From the NCBI GenBank assembly GCA_023455425.1, contig JAEYCM010000012.1, forward strand, positions 52,545 to 116,544: a stretch of 64,000 bases of DNA, given 5' to 3'. Of the stretch, positions 33,536-43,467 are shown piece by piece (within the stretch, counting starts at the first letter, position 1; each line of letters begins with the position of its first letter). Below the pieces are notes generated by a model. That model did no database searches, was not told where the DNA came from, and saw nothing but the letters and a program-made list of their open reading frames with translations. Source of the DNA: Bacillota bacterium (GTDB lineage: Bacteria > Bacillota > Clostridia > Christensenellales > CAG-138). Both the position numbers and the translations under genes were made by a program.

Positions 33536-33680
33536 AAATTGAGATTAGATTTGCGAGGATTTTTGTCGTCCAGCAAGGAACGGGAAGGAGACGTAGCCGG
33601 CAGCTACGCCGACTGACGGCGACACCGCTGGGGGGGGCAAAAAGACCGCAAAGATGTCCCTATTTATGCTTGAGAGTAGT
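33521..33680. repeat. MITE-like / long imperfect inverted-repeat element between rsmB and rlmN
   Basis: Termini ACTAGTCTCAAG (33521-33532) and CTTGAGAGTAGT (33669-33680) are reverse complements (11/12). The ~45-nt arms share the blocks CAAAAA, CGCAAA and CTTGAGA around a GC-rich centre containing a CGTAGC/GCTACG hairpin. Confidence 0.55.
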
Positions 33681-33696
33681 ATTGCAAAGAGGAAAC

Positions 33697-34746
33697 ATGA
33701 AACGTTTGATGGACCATACCCCGGAGGAATTACAGGAACTCGTAAAAAGCCTGGGTCAGCCCGCTTTTCGCTTTAAGCAGGTAAACGAATGGCTCATGCG
33801 CGGCATGCGGCCGGAGGAAATGACAAACCTTCCCAAGGCGCTACGTGAAGAACTGAGCAAAATTCCTTTTGGCGGGGCGTCCATCCACGCAAAATACGCG
33901 TCCGCGCAGGACGGCACGGTCAAATACCTGTTCGCCCTCGAAGACGGCAATTTAGTCGAAGGCGTACTGATGCGCTACCACCACGGCAATACGCTGTGCC
34001 TTTCTACACAGGTCGGATGCCGGATGAACTGCGCGTTTTGCGCTTCCACGCTCGGTGGCCGTGTGCGGAATCTTTCGGCGGGGGAGATGCTCTCCCAGGT
34101 TACCGCCATCGAGCGGGACGAACCAAAAACGGCAAGCGGCCGCGCGGTCACCAACATTGTGCTCATGGGCAGCGGCGAACCGCTCGATAATTATGATAAC
34201 GTGGTCGCGTTTTTGCACAGGGCCGTATCGCCGGAAGGCTTGGGCATCAGCGCGCGCAATATTTCGCTTTCCACCTGCGGGCTCTTACCCAACATGAAGC
34301 GGCTTGCAGCGGAAGCGCCGCACGTGACGCTGTGCGTATCCTTACACGCGCATTCGGACGAACAACGTAGCGCAATCATGCCCATCAACCGCGCGTACCC
34401 GATCGATGCGGTATTAAGCGCCGCCAAGGCGTACGCGGAAGAGACCGGTAGGCGCGTGATATTCGAATACGCGCTCATCGAGGGCGTGAACGCGTCCAAA
34501 GAGGACGCTGACGCGCTTGCAAGCAGGCTTAGGGGCATCAACTGCCATGTCAACCTCATTCCGCTCAACCCCGTGCCGGAGCGGGATTTAAAAGGGGCGA
34601 CACGGAAACAGGCCATGCAGTTTGCGGCTTGGCTGACGGAGCGGCATGTTTCCGCCACCGTGCGGCGGGAGATGGGCACGGATATCGAGGGTGCGTGCGG
34701 CCAGTTACGCCGCCGTGTGTTAGCTGAGAATGATGGGGGAGTGTAG
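33697..34746 (+). CDS. rlmN: 23S rRNA/tRNA (adenine-C2)-methyltransferase, radical SAM
   Basis: QPAFRFKQVNEWL, CLSTQVGCRMNCAFCAS, GSGEPLDN; ATG 33697 after AAAGAGGAAAC. Confidence 0.95.
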   Translation: MKRLMDHTPEELQELVKSLGQPAFRFKQVNEWLMRGMRPEEMTNLPKALREELSKIPFGGASIHAKYASAQDGTVKYLFALEDGNLVEGVLMRYHHGNTLCLSTQVGCRMNCAFCASTLGGRVRNLSAGEMLSQVTAIERDEPKTASGRAVTNIVLMGSGEPLDNYDNVVAFLHRAVSPEGLGISARNISLSTCGLLPNMKRLAAEAPHVTLCVSLHAHSDEQRSAIMPINRAYPIDAVLSAAKAYAEETGRRVIFEYALIEGVNASKEDADALASRLRGINCHVNLIPLNPVPERDLKGATRKQAMQFAAWLTERHVSATVRREMGTDIEGACGQLRRRVLAENDGGV

Positions 34747-34749
34747 TCC

Positions 34750-35670
34750 ATGTCCTTTTCCAGGGGCGTGAAGCAGGAGCTTGCGCATATCCGCCTCCGC
34801 TCGGAGGCGCTAAAGCGCGCGCAGCTTTACGGGTTGACGCATGCGGCGGGCACATTGAAACTGGGCCGGACGTTTGGCATCGAGTACGTGACGGAAACGC
34901 ATGAGGTCGGGCGGCACATCGCGGCGCTGGCGACTTCCCTCTATGAGGTGGACGCGACGATTTCGCTGCGGGATACGGAACGTCGGCTGACGCTCACCGT
35001 GGTCGCATTAAACGGCGAAGGATGCGAGGCGCTGCTCACGGATGCGGGCCTGTTCCAAAGGACCGAGGCGGGCGTGGAACTCACACAGGAAATCCCGCAC
35101 GCAAAGCTGAAAACTGAGGACCTGCAAAAGGCGTTTTTGCGCGGCGTATTCATGGGCGCAGGCTCCTGTTCCGACCCCAAACGCGCCTATCATCTGGAGA
35201 TTGTCTGCCGCAGCGAAGAACTTGCCCAGGCGCTTTGCGGCTTGATGGAAGCCTTAAGCCTGGAGGCAAAAACGGTTCGCCGCAAGGAACGAACTGTGAT
35301 ATACTTAAAAGAGGGCGATCGCATCGCCTCGTTTCTTGCGTTACTCGGCGCTTCCACCGCAACGCTTTCCTTTGAGGATACGCGGGCGGAAAAGGAACTG
35401 CGCAATTATATCAACCGCATGAGCAACTGCGAGACCGCCAATATCGGTAAGACCGTAAACGCGGCGGGCGAACAGATTGAGGCCATAGAGCGGATTTTGC
35501 GGCATAAAAGCCACAAACGGTTGACGCCCGCGCTGCGGGAAACGGCGGAATTGCGCCTGCATCACCCCGACGCAAGCTTACAGGAGCTTGCGGACCTTGC
35601 GGGCATTGGAAAATCCGGCATGAACCACCGCCTGCAAAGATTGCTGCAAATTGCGGAACACTTACGTTGA
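34750..35670 (+). CDS. whiA: DNA-binding protein WhiA
   Basis: MSFSRGVKQELA... LAGLIDADG-like core plus a C-terminal HTH (LQELADLAGIGKSGMNHRLQRL). Confidence 0.93.
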   Translation: MSFSRGVKQELAHIRLRSEALKRAQLYGLTHAAGTLKLGRTFGIEYVTETHEVGRHIAALATSLYEVDATISLRDTERRLTLTVVALNGEGCEALLTDAGLFQRTEAGVELTQEIPHAKLKTEDLQKAFLRGVFMGAGSCSDPKRAYHLEIVCRSEELAQALCGLMEALSLEAKTVRRKERTVIYLKEGDRIASFLALLGASTATLSFEDTRAEKELRNYINRMSNCETANIGKTVNAAGEQIEAIERILRHKSHKRLTPALRETAELRLHHPDASLQELADLAGIGKSGMNHRLQRLLQIAEHLR

Positions 35671-35715
35671 AGTTGCCCTAAGGCGGGTATTGATAGATCA
35701 AAAGGAGGCGTCGTG

Positions 35716-35970
35716 ATGATACATAAGGTGCTGACCATCCAGAACTCAGAAGGGCTCCGCGCGCGCCCTGCGGCCCAGTTTGTACAGATTGCAAGCGGCT
35801 TTACCTCCCAGATGCTCATTGAAAAGGGCAACAAAAAGGTCAACGCGAAGTCCATTATGGGCGTATTGTCCCTTGGCGTAGGGCAGGGGGACACCATCCA
35901 TCTGTTTGTAAACGGGCCGGACGAAGACGTCGCCATGAGCGCGATGGTAGAACTCACCCGCAAAGGCTAA
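35716..35970 (+). CDS. HPr-family protein lacking the catalytic His15 (Crh-like)
   Basis: NSEGLRARPAAQFV (Arg where HPr has His15), while the Ser46 region VNAKSIMGVLSLG is intact. AAAGGAGG RBS; GTG 35713 is an alternative start. Confidence 0.88.
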   Translation: MIHKVLTIQNSEGLRARPAAQFVQIASGFTSQMLIEKGNKKVNAKSIMGVLSLGVGQGDTIHLFVNGPDEDVAMSAMVELTRKG

Positions 35971-35986
35971 GGTTAAAACGGTTAAA

Positions 35987-38900
35987 ATGGCCTTTACCCA
36001 TCTGCATGTCCATACGCAGTACAGCCTCCTCGATGGCGCAGCGCGCATCGGGGAGCTTGTCGCATGCGCGAAAAAGCACGGCATGGAGGCGCTCGCCATC
36101 ACCGATCACGGTGTGATGTACGGCGTCGTTGATTTTTACAAGGCGTGTAAAAAAGAGGGCGTCAAACCCATCATCGGCATGGAGGCGTATGTCGCACCCC
36201 GCTCCCTGATGGACAGGGAAGGTTCAAAGGACCGGGAATACGCCCATCTTATCTTGCTGTGTAAAGATGAGACCGGATATAAAAACCTCATGCGCCTGTC
36301 TTCCGAGGCCTTTTTAAACGGCTTCTATTACAAACCCCGCATCGATTATGATCTCTTGTCCCGGCATTCTGAAGGCTTGATCTGTCTTTCCGCCTGCTTG
36401 GCCGGGGATATTCCGCAGCGCCTTTTGCAGGGCAACTACAGCGGCGCAAAGGAACTGGCCGAGCGCCTGCAGGGCATGTTCGGCGAAGACTTTTATATTG
36501 AAATACAGGATCACGGCATCCCCGAGCAGAAAGAAGTTTTGCCGGGCTTGGTGAAGCTTGCCGGGGAGATCGGCGCGAAGCTTGTCGCCACCAACGACAT
36601 CCACTATGTCAACAAAGAGGACGCGCAGGTGCAGGACGTGCTGCTGTGCGTGCAGACCAATACATTTGTGGATGAACCCAACCGCATGCGCATGCACGCG
36701 GATGAATTTTATTTAAAGAGCGAGCAGGAAATGCGCGCCGTACTGGGGCAGTATCCGGAGGCGTTTACCACCACGCAGGAGATTGCGGATAAATGCGCGC
36801 TCTCCATCGCGTTCGGGGAGAAGCACCTGCCCGGCTTCCAGGCGCCAAACGGCATGGAAAACGACGCGTTTTTAAGAAAGCTGTGCGACGAGGGCTTAAA
36901 GAAAAAAATGCCCAACGCCGGTACAATGGAACGCGAGCGGCTCGAATACGAGCTGGGCGTGATCGAGCGCATGGGCTTTGTGGACTACTTCTTGATCGTT
37001 TGGGATTTTATCGATTTTGCCAAGCGCAACGGCATTATCGTGGGCCCCGGCCGCGGCAGCGGCGCGGGCAGCCTTGCCGCGTACTGCCTCAACATTACGG
37101 ACGTGGACCCGCTGAAATACGGCCTGCTGTTCGAGCGCTTCTTGAACCCGGAGCGTATTTCCATGCCGGATTTCGACGTGGATTTCTGCTACGAGCGCCG
37201 GCAGGAAGTGATCGACTACGTGGTGGGCAAGTACGGCGCGGACCATGTGGCGCAGATCATTACGTTCGGCACCATGGCAGCTAGAGCAGCCGTGCGCGAT
37301 GTGGGCCGGGCGCTGCACATGCCGTATGGGGATGTCGACAAGGTTGCCAAGATGGTGCCCTACGAACTGAATATGACGCTCGAACGCGCGCTTTCCATGT
37401 CCCCCGAGCTTCGCGCGGCGTACGACAATGAAGCGGAGGTCAAAAACCTCATCGATCTTTCCCGCAGGCTCGAAGGCCAGCCCCGCCACGCTTCCACGCA
37501 CGCGGCGGGCGTGGTGATTTCAAAAAATCCCGTCATGGAAGTGGTCCCGCTCCAAAAGAACGACGAATCCGTTACCACCCAGTTCCCCATGGGGACGCTT
37601 GAGGAGCTGGGCCTTTTGAAGATGGACTTTTTGGGTCTTCGGACGCTCACGGTGATCCGGGATACGCTGGATTTTATCCGCCAGAACGGCAAGGAGCCAC
37701 CCGAGCTTGACGGCATGCCATACGACGATCCCAAGGTATATCAGATGATCGCAAGCGGCGATACCGACGGCGTGTTCCAGTTGGAAAGTGCCGGCATGCG
37801 CCAGTTTTTAATACAGTTAAAACCGGACAGTTTTGAGGATATCATCGCGGGCATTTCGTTGTTCCGCCCCGGCCCCATGGCGCAAATTCCGCGGTATGTG
37901 GGCGCAAAGCACGGCACCGTGCCCGTCACCTATGCAACCGAAAAGCTCCGGCCGATCTTGCAGAACACCTACGGCTGCATGGTATATCAGGAACAGGTCA
38001 TGCAGATCGTGCGCGATTTGGGCGGATATTCTTTAGGAAGAAGCGATCTTGTGCGCCGCGCCATGAGCAAGAAGAAGCATGACGTCATGGCGAAGGAGCG
38101 CGCGAACTTCATATACGGGAACGAGGAAGAAGGAATCCTAGGCGCGGTCAAAAACGGCGTGCCCGCCGAGGCGGCTAACAAGCTGTTTGACGAAATGATG
38201 GATTTCGCCTCCTACGCGTTCAACAAATCCCACGCGGCCTGCTATGCCGTGGTCGCCTACCGCACCGCATTCCTAAAGCTCTACTACAAGGCGGAGTTTA
38301 TGGCGGCTCTTTTGAACAGCTACCTTGGAAGCGCGGACGATGTCGCCAAATACGTCTACAGCGCCCGCAGGATGGGCATCAAAGTCCTGCCGCCGGACGT
38401 CAACAAGAGCCGCGCGCGCTTTTCGGTAGAAAACGGCGCCATCCGCTTCGGGCTTTGCGCCGTGCGCAATGTCGGTGAGAGCGCCATGCAGCAGATGGTG
38501 CGCGAACGGGAGCGCGGCGGAGCGTTCCGAGATTTTTTTGATTTTGTAGACCGCTCGGAGGGCTTAAATAAGCGCGCGCTGGAAGGCCTTATTTATGCGG
38601 GCGGTTTTGACGGTATGAAAGTCAGGCGCGCGCAGCTTCTTGCCGTATATGAGCGGGCGCTTGAAAGCGCCGCGCAGTCAAAGAAAATGCGCGATCAGGG
38701 GCAGATATCGCTGTTTGATCTTGGCGGGGCCGCGCCTGCGTTCGAGGGCGTTTCCATTCAACTGCCGGATATTCAGGAGCTTTCCCACCAAACCATACTG
38801 GACAAAGAGCGTGAGGCGATCGGCGTCTACATCAGCGGCCACCCGCTCGACGATTATGAGGGCATATTATCCGCCATGGAGTATAGCGTGCTGGATTTGC

Positions 38901-39466
38901 AGGAGGCGGACGGTTCACAAAGTCCGCGGGACAATGACCGTGTGCGCACCGGCGGGCTATTGTCCCAGGTGGAGCGCAAGCCCACCCGCGCGGGTAACAG
39001 CCTGATGGGGTATGCGGTGCTCGAAGGCGTCACGGGTACGGTGGAACTTGTACTGTTCCCCCGCACGCTTACGCAGGTGGCAAACACGTTTTACCCTGCC
39101 CGCGCCGTCATGGTGACAGGTAAGCTCAATATGCGGGAAAACCAGAAGAACAGCATCCTGGTAGACGAAATGGTTCCGCTTGACGAAGTCGTACCCACGC
39201 TGTATTTAAGATACGAGCAGCTGACGAAAGAGCTTTACGCGCAAACCGTGGAGCTTTTGGCCCGCTACCCCGGGAATGTGCCGGTGGTACTGTGCGAAGC
39301 GGGCAATTGCGGTAAGCGCCTGCCGAAGGAATATGCCGTTAATCTTTCGGAAGGATTCCTTACAAATATGCGGGACCTCATCGGCGCGCAAAACGTGAAG
39401 ATCGCCGTAAAAAGCCCGGAGCCGCAGCGCGACCGGGCAAGGGAGCGGCTTTATTCTCAGATATAA
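35987..39466 (+). CDS. dnaE: DNA polymerase III alpha subunit (DnaE-type)
   Basis: PHP domain FTHLHVHTQYSLLDGA, palm motifs PDFDVDF and GLLKMDFLGLRTLT; 1,159 aa. Confidence 0.97.
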   Translation: MAFTHLHVHTQYSLLDGAARIGELVACAKKHGMEALAITDHGVMYGVVDFYKACKKEGVKPIIGMEAYVAPRSLMDREGSKDREYAHLILLCKDETGYKNLMRLSSEAFLNGFYYKPRIDYDLLSRHSEGLICLSACLAGDIPQRLLQGNYSGAKELAERLQGMFGEDFYIEIQDHGIPEQKEVLPGLVKLAGEIGAKLVATNDIHYVNKEDAQVQDVLLCVQTNTFVDEPNRMRMHADEFYLKSEQEMRAVLGQYPEAFTTTQEIADKCALSIAFGEKHLPGFQAPNGMENDAFLRKLCDEGLKKKMPNAGTMERERLEYELGVIERMGFVDYFLIVWDFIDFAKRNGIIVGPGRGSGAGSLAAYCLNITDVDPLKYGLLFERFLNPERISMPDFDVDFCYERRQEVIDYVVGKYGADHVAQIITFGTMAARAAVRDVGRALHMPYGDVDKVAKMVPYELNMTLERALSMSPELRAAYDNEAEVKNLIDLSRRLEGQPRHASTHAAGVVISKNPVMEVVPLQKNDESVTTQFPMGTLEELGLLKMDFLGLRTLTVIRDTLDFIRQNGKEPPELDGMPYDDPKVYQMIASGDTDGVFQLESAGMRQFLIQLKPDSFEDIIAGISLFRPGPMAQIPRYVGAKHGTVPVTYATEKLRPILQNTYGCMVYQEQVMQIVRDLGGYSLGRSDLVRRAMSKKKHDVMAKERANFIYGNEEEGILGAVKNGVPAEAANKLFDEMMDFASYAFNKSHAACYAVVAYRTAFLKLYYKAEFMAALLNSYLGSADDVAKYVYSARRMGIKVLPPDVNKSRARFSVENGAIRFGLCAVRNVGESAMQQMVRERERGGAFRDFFDFVDRSEGLNKRALEGLIYAGGFDGMKVRRAQLLAVYERALESAAQSKKMRDQGQISLFDLGGAAPAFEGVSIQLPDIQELSHQTILDKEREAIGVYISGHPLDDYEGILSAMEYSVLDLQEADGSQSPRDNDRVRTGGLLSQVERKPTRAGNSLMGYAVLEGVTGTVELVLFPRTLTQVANTFYPARAVMVTGKLNMRENQKNSILVDEMVPLDEVVPTLYLRYEQLTKELYAQTVELLARYPGNVPVVLCEAGNCGKRLPKEYAVNLSEGFLTNMRDLIGAQNVKIAVKSPEPQRDRARERLYSQI

Positions 39467-39497
39467 TATTGTTGTCTTATAGAAAGGATGCATGTAC

Positions 39498-40460
39498 ATG
39501 AAACGGATCGGCGTTTTGACGAGCGGAGGAGATACCCCGGGCATGAATGCGGCAATCCGCGCCGTATTGAAGGCGGGATTGGATAAAGGCATGATCGTCA
39601 TGGGGATTTACCACGGCTATCAGGGGCTAATGGAGGGAAGGCTCCAGCAGCTCCAGTATGACGACGTCCACAATATCCTCGAAAAGGGCGGCACCGTTTT
39701 GCGAACCGCACGCAGCGAGCAGTTCAAAACGCCGGAAGGTCAGGCACAGGCCATCAAGGTTTTAAGGGCATACAACATAGACGGCGTCGTCGTGATCGGC
39801 GGGGACGGCAGCTACAAGGGCGCGCAGGCGCTAAGTAACGCGGGCATTGCGACCATCGGGCTCCCCGGCACCATAGACAACGATATGGGATATACGGACT
39901 ACACCATTGGCTTTGATACCGCGGTCAACAATGTCATCCATGAAATCGGCAAAATCCGTGATACCATGCGCGCGCATGACCGCGTGGGCGTGGTGGAGGT
40001 CATGGGCCGCAATTGCGGGGATATCGCGCTCTGGGCTGGCATTGCGGGCCCCGCGGATCTTACGCTCTTACCTGAGCGGGAATACTCATGGGAAGACGCC
40101 ACGAGAAGGCTCATGGACAACAAACTTCGCGGCAGGCTCACCAGTATGGTGATTATCGCCGAGGGCGCGGGTCACGCGGAGGATTTTGCGAATTATGTGC
40201 GCGAACACTCGGATGTGGAAATCAAGGCCGTGGTATTGAGCTACATCCAGCGCGGCGGCGATCCTTCCGCGTTTGACCGCATCTTGGCGACCCGAATGGG
40301 CGTACGCGCCGTAGACCTTTTGAACGAAGGCAGGGGCGGCCTTGCCATCGGCATCCGGGACAACAAGATCATAGAGGTGCCGTTGCAGGAGGCTGTGGAA
40401 AAGGTGGACCGCTTTGACTCCGAGCTTTATGAAATGAATGATTTCCTGACCAAATTCTAA
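39498..40460 (+). CDS. pfkA: ATP-dependent 6-phosphofructokinase
   Basis: MKRIGVLTSGGDTPGMNAAIRAV...GGDGSY...PGTIDND...MGR. Confidence 0.96.
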   Translation: MKRIGVLTSGGDTPGMNAAIRAVLKAGLDKGMIVMGIYHGYQGLMEGRLQQLQYDDVHNILEKGGTVLRTARSEQFKTPEGQAQAIKVLRAYNIDGVVVIGGDGSYKGAQALSNAGIATIGLPGTIDNDMGYTDYTIGFDTAVNNVIHEIGKIRDTMRAHDRVGVVEVMGRNCGDIALWAGIAGPADLTLLPEREYSWEDATRRLMDNKLRGRLTSMVIIAEGAGHAEDFANYVREHSDVEIKAVVLSYIQRGGDPSAFDRILATRMGVRAVDLLNEGRGGLAIGIRDNKIIEVPLQEAVEKVDRFDSELYEMNDFLTKF

Positions 40461-40480
40461 GTGAAACCAAGGAGCATCCT

Positions 40481-41857
40481 ATGCAACAAAAACGTCCGCC
40501 CGTCGAGCGCAACGACGATATTATACTGGAAATCGACGCGTTGGGCGCGGAGGGGGAAGGGATAGGCCGGGTCGACGGATACGCGATATTCGTGCCCGGC
40601 GCATTGCCGGGGGAACTTGTTGCGGCGCATGTCATCAAGACCAATTCTGGCTATGGCGTCGCAAAGCTGATGGAGGTGCTCACTCCGGCGCCGGAGCGTG
40701 TGGAGCCGCCCTGCGCCATATTTCATAAATGCGGCGGATGTACGCTGCAGCACCTGGAGTATTCCGCGCAGCTTTCCTATAAGCGCAAGACGGTGGAGGA
40801 TGCCCTTACCCGCCTTGGCGGCTTCAAAGATAGTACCGTTCTGCCTGTTGTCGGCATGGACGAGCCGTGGCAGTACCGCAACAAGGGAAGCTTCCCGCTT
40901 GCAGAAATCGACGGACGCGTGCAGGCGGGCTTTTTTGCGCCGCGCAGCCACCGGCTCATTCCCACCGAGGACTGCCTCATCCAAAAAGAGGCGGGACTTT
41001 TGGCGGTGCTCTCCGTACGGGATTGGGCGAACGCGCACGGCGTTAAAGCATATAACGAACAGGCGGACAAGGGCGTGCTCCGGCATGTGGTCACACGTAC
41101 ATCGGTCAATGGGGAAGTGATGGCGGTAATCGTCGCCACCTCCGCTTCCATTCCGGAAAAGCAGGCGCTCATAGAAACCCTGCGCGACCGCGTGGAGGGG
41201 TTAAAGAGCATATACCTCAATGTTCAGAAAGGACAGACAAACGTCATACTGGGTGCGGAGTACCGCCTGCTGTGGGGCGAGCTGTGCATCACGGAGACGC
41301 TTTGCGGGCTTTCGTTTTCCATCAGCCCCGCCTCATTCCTGCAGGTGAATCCGGTGCAGACGGAGAAACTCTACGAAAAAGCGCTTGAGCTTCTTGCGCT
41401 CAATGGAACCGAGCGGGTGGTGGACGCCTATTGCGGCATTGGTACGATTACGTTACTCCTTGCAAAGCATGCGCGTGAGGTCATTGGCATTGAAAACGTG
41501 CCGGAGGCCGTGGAGGACGCAAAACGCAACGCCGCACAGAACGGCATACCGAATGCGCGTTTTTTGTGCGCTCCGGCGGAAGAAGCGCTGCCCAAGCTCC
41601 TTGCGGACGGGGTGAAGGTCGACGCCCTGGTGCTGGACCCCCCAAGAAAGGGGGCTGAAGAAGCGTTTTTGCGGGCGGTGATCGAAAGCGGCGTACCCCG
41701 CATTGTGTATGTTTCCTGCAACCCCGCGACATTGGCGCGGGACTGCAAGATATTATCCGAAGGCGGCTACAAAGTGGAGACCGTTCAGCCGTTTGACCTA
41801 TTTCCCCAGACGGCGCATGTGGAAGCCGTGATCCTGTTGCAACGACAGAAACCTTGA
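40481..41857 (+). CDS. rlmD: 23S rRNA (uracil-C5)-methyltransferase, RumA/RlmD family
   Basis: TRAM domain, Fe-S Cys motif CAIFHKCGGCTLQH, SAM methyltransferase motifs DAYCGIGT and DPPRKG, C-terminus FPQTAHVEAVILLQR. Confidence 0.93.
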   Translation: MQQKRPPVERNDDIILEIDALGAEGEGIGRVDGYAIFVPGALPGELVAAHVIKTNSGYGVAKLMEVLTPAPERVEPPCAIFHKCGGCTLQHLEYSAQLSYKRKTVEDALTRLGGFKDSTVLPVVGMDEPWQYRNKGSFPLAEIDGRVQAGFFAPRSHRLIPTEDCLIQKEAGLLAVLSVRDWANAHGVKAYNEQADKGVLRHVVTRTSVNGEVMAVIVATSASIPEKQALIETLRDRVEGLKSIYLNVQKGQTNVILGAEYRLLWGELCITETLCGLSFSISPASFLQVNPVQTEKLYEKALELLALNGTERVVDAYCGIGTITLLLAKHAREVIGIENVPEAVEDAKRNAAQNGIPNARFLCAPAEEALPKLLADGVKVDALVLDPPRKGAEEAFLRAVIESGVPRIVYVSCNPATLARDCKILSEGGYKVETVQPFDLFPQTAHVEAVILLQRQKP

Positions 41858-41890
41858 TAAATAAAGGAATTATGCGCGACAGAATGCTTT

Positions 41891-41923
41891 GACGTGAGAG
41901 AATACTTTCACGTCTTTTATTTT
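41891..41923 (+). terminator. Intrinsic terminator downstream of rlmD
   Basis: GACGTGAGAG-aata-CTTTCACGTC followed by TTTTATTTT. Confidence 0.8.
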
Positions 41924-41973
41924 CGATAAAATATAAGTAGGCTGCCCATTTAAATAAATGCCTGCGGAAGCAT

Positions 41974-43194
41974 ATGAAGAATGTAAGAATTATACCCGTA
42001 ATACCTAAAGAGAATAAAAAGCTTAGAGTTGCAGCTTATTGTCGGGTTAGCACATCCGGACCGGAACAACTGCGCAGCCTTGAGATTCAGATAAAAGCCT
42101 ATACGAACATTATAAAAAGCCATCCCAACTGGCTTTATGCCGGTGTGTTTTACGACATCGAAAGTGGACTGCGGCGAAGTGGCAGAAGTGGACTGGACAA
42201 AATGCTGGGGAATGTGGCAAAGGGCAAAATCGATTACATTATCACCAAGTCAATCAGCAGGGTGTCGAGAGATACGCTTGAGGTTTTGAAGATTATAAGA
42301 TTCTTAAGAGAGCGAGGGATCAACATGCATTTTGAAAATGAGAAGCTGGATTCAATCGAGGCAGAAAAAGAATTTGAGATTACGCTGAGAGCTATGCTGG
42401 CGCAGGACGAAAGTCGGAATATCAGCGAGAATATTCAATGGGGAATTCAGCGCAAGTTTGAAAAAGGCGAGATTTATACGAAGTATAAGAATTTTACGGG
42501 ATACACTTGCGATGACGGTAAGATTGTCATTGTACCAGAACAGGCAGAAGTAGTTAGAAAAATCTTTGACTTATATTTACAAGGCCTGTCGTTGGGGCAA
42601 ATCAAGGCTTACCTGGAAGCCCAGGGGATTAAAACTGTAACGGGCAAGGAGATTTGGGATACAAAAACAATCCAGAGGATGTTGACCAATGAGAAATACA
42701 AAGGCGATACCATGCTTCAAAAGACCTTTACTGAGGATTTTATGACCGGTAAGAAAAGTAAGAATATCGGGCAGCGAAATAAGTATTATGTGAAAAACAG
42801 TCACCCCGCTATTGTTTCCGACGAAGTATTTGATAGGGTGCAGGAGGAAATGGCGAAGCGTGCAAGGCTTGTCAGCAATGAGAATGGTACGGTAGAAACC
42901 CGCGGGAGCAAATATAACGGAAAATATATATTGGGGAATTTGCTCGTATGCGGCGATTGTGGCGCATCTTATCGGAGAAGGACTGAACGCGGTAAGGTGG
43001 TCTGGAGATGTGCTACAAGGATCGAAAAGGGTAAAGATGCTTGCGCTACTTCTCCTACGATAAATGAAGCACAATTGAATGAACAACTGGCAGAGGCAGT
43101 ATGTGGCGGTGTCTATGATGAGGGGATAATTAGGAGCAAGGTCGATAAGATACAGATTTTTGAAAAATTTATTATAATAGCTGCAAAGATGTAG
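41974..43194 (+). CDS. Large serine recombinase (resolvase/invertase catalytic domain + recombinase domain + zinc ribbon)
   Basis: VAAYCRVSTSGPEQ (catalytic Ser), ...ITKSISRVSRDTLEVL..., recombinase domain, Zn ribbon CGDCGASYRRR...WRCATRIEKGKDAC. At 406 aa it is short for the family. Confidence 0.9.
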   Translation: MKNVRIIPVIPKENKKLRVAAYCRVSTSGPEQLRSLEIQIKAYTNIIKSHPNWLYAGVFYDIESGLRRSGRSGLDKMLGNVAKGKIDYIITKSISRVSRDTLEVLKIIRFLRERGINMHFENEKLDSIEAEKEFEITLRAMLAQDESRNISENIQWGIQRKFEKGEIYTKYKNFTGYTCDDGKIVIVPEQAEVVRKIFDLYLQGLSLGQIKAYLEAQGIKTVTGKEIWDTKTIQRMLTNEKYKGDTMLQKTFTEDFMTGKKSKNIGQRNKYYVKNSHPAIVSDEVFDRVQEEMAKRARLVSNENGTVETRGSKYNGKYILGNLLVCGDCGASYRRRTERGKVVWRCATRIEKGKDACATSPTINEAQLNEQLAEAVCGGVYDEGIIRSKVDKIQIFEKFIIIAAKM

Positions 43195-43467
43195 TATTGA
43201 AGCCGGCAAACTCAAGCATATAGCAAAGCAGTCGGAGGCTTGGTCTCAGTCAAAGACGAGCTGATAGGATCCAATTCAAATCTAAATTGAGCCAGCGGGT
43301 TTTATATTCGATTAAGGCGGTGTCCGTGCCTGGAAACCTTACAAGGTGGATGTGGATCCAATCACACCGTAAAACATTTCGATTAGAAATAGCTCCATTA
43401 TTATTATATACTTATTACAGGGTGTTCTTTTAGAACTTCCAATAATAACTCTAAAGGGAAAAAGGAT

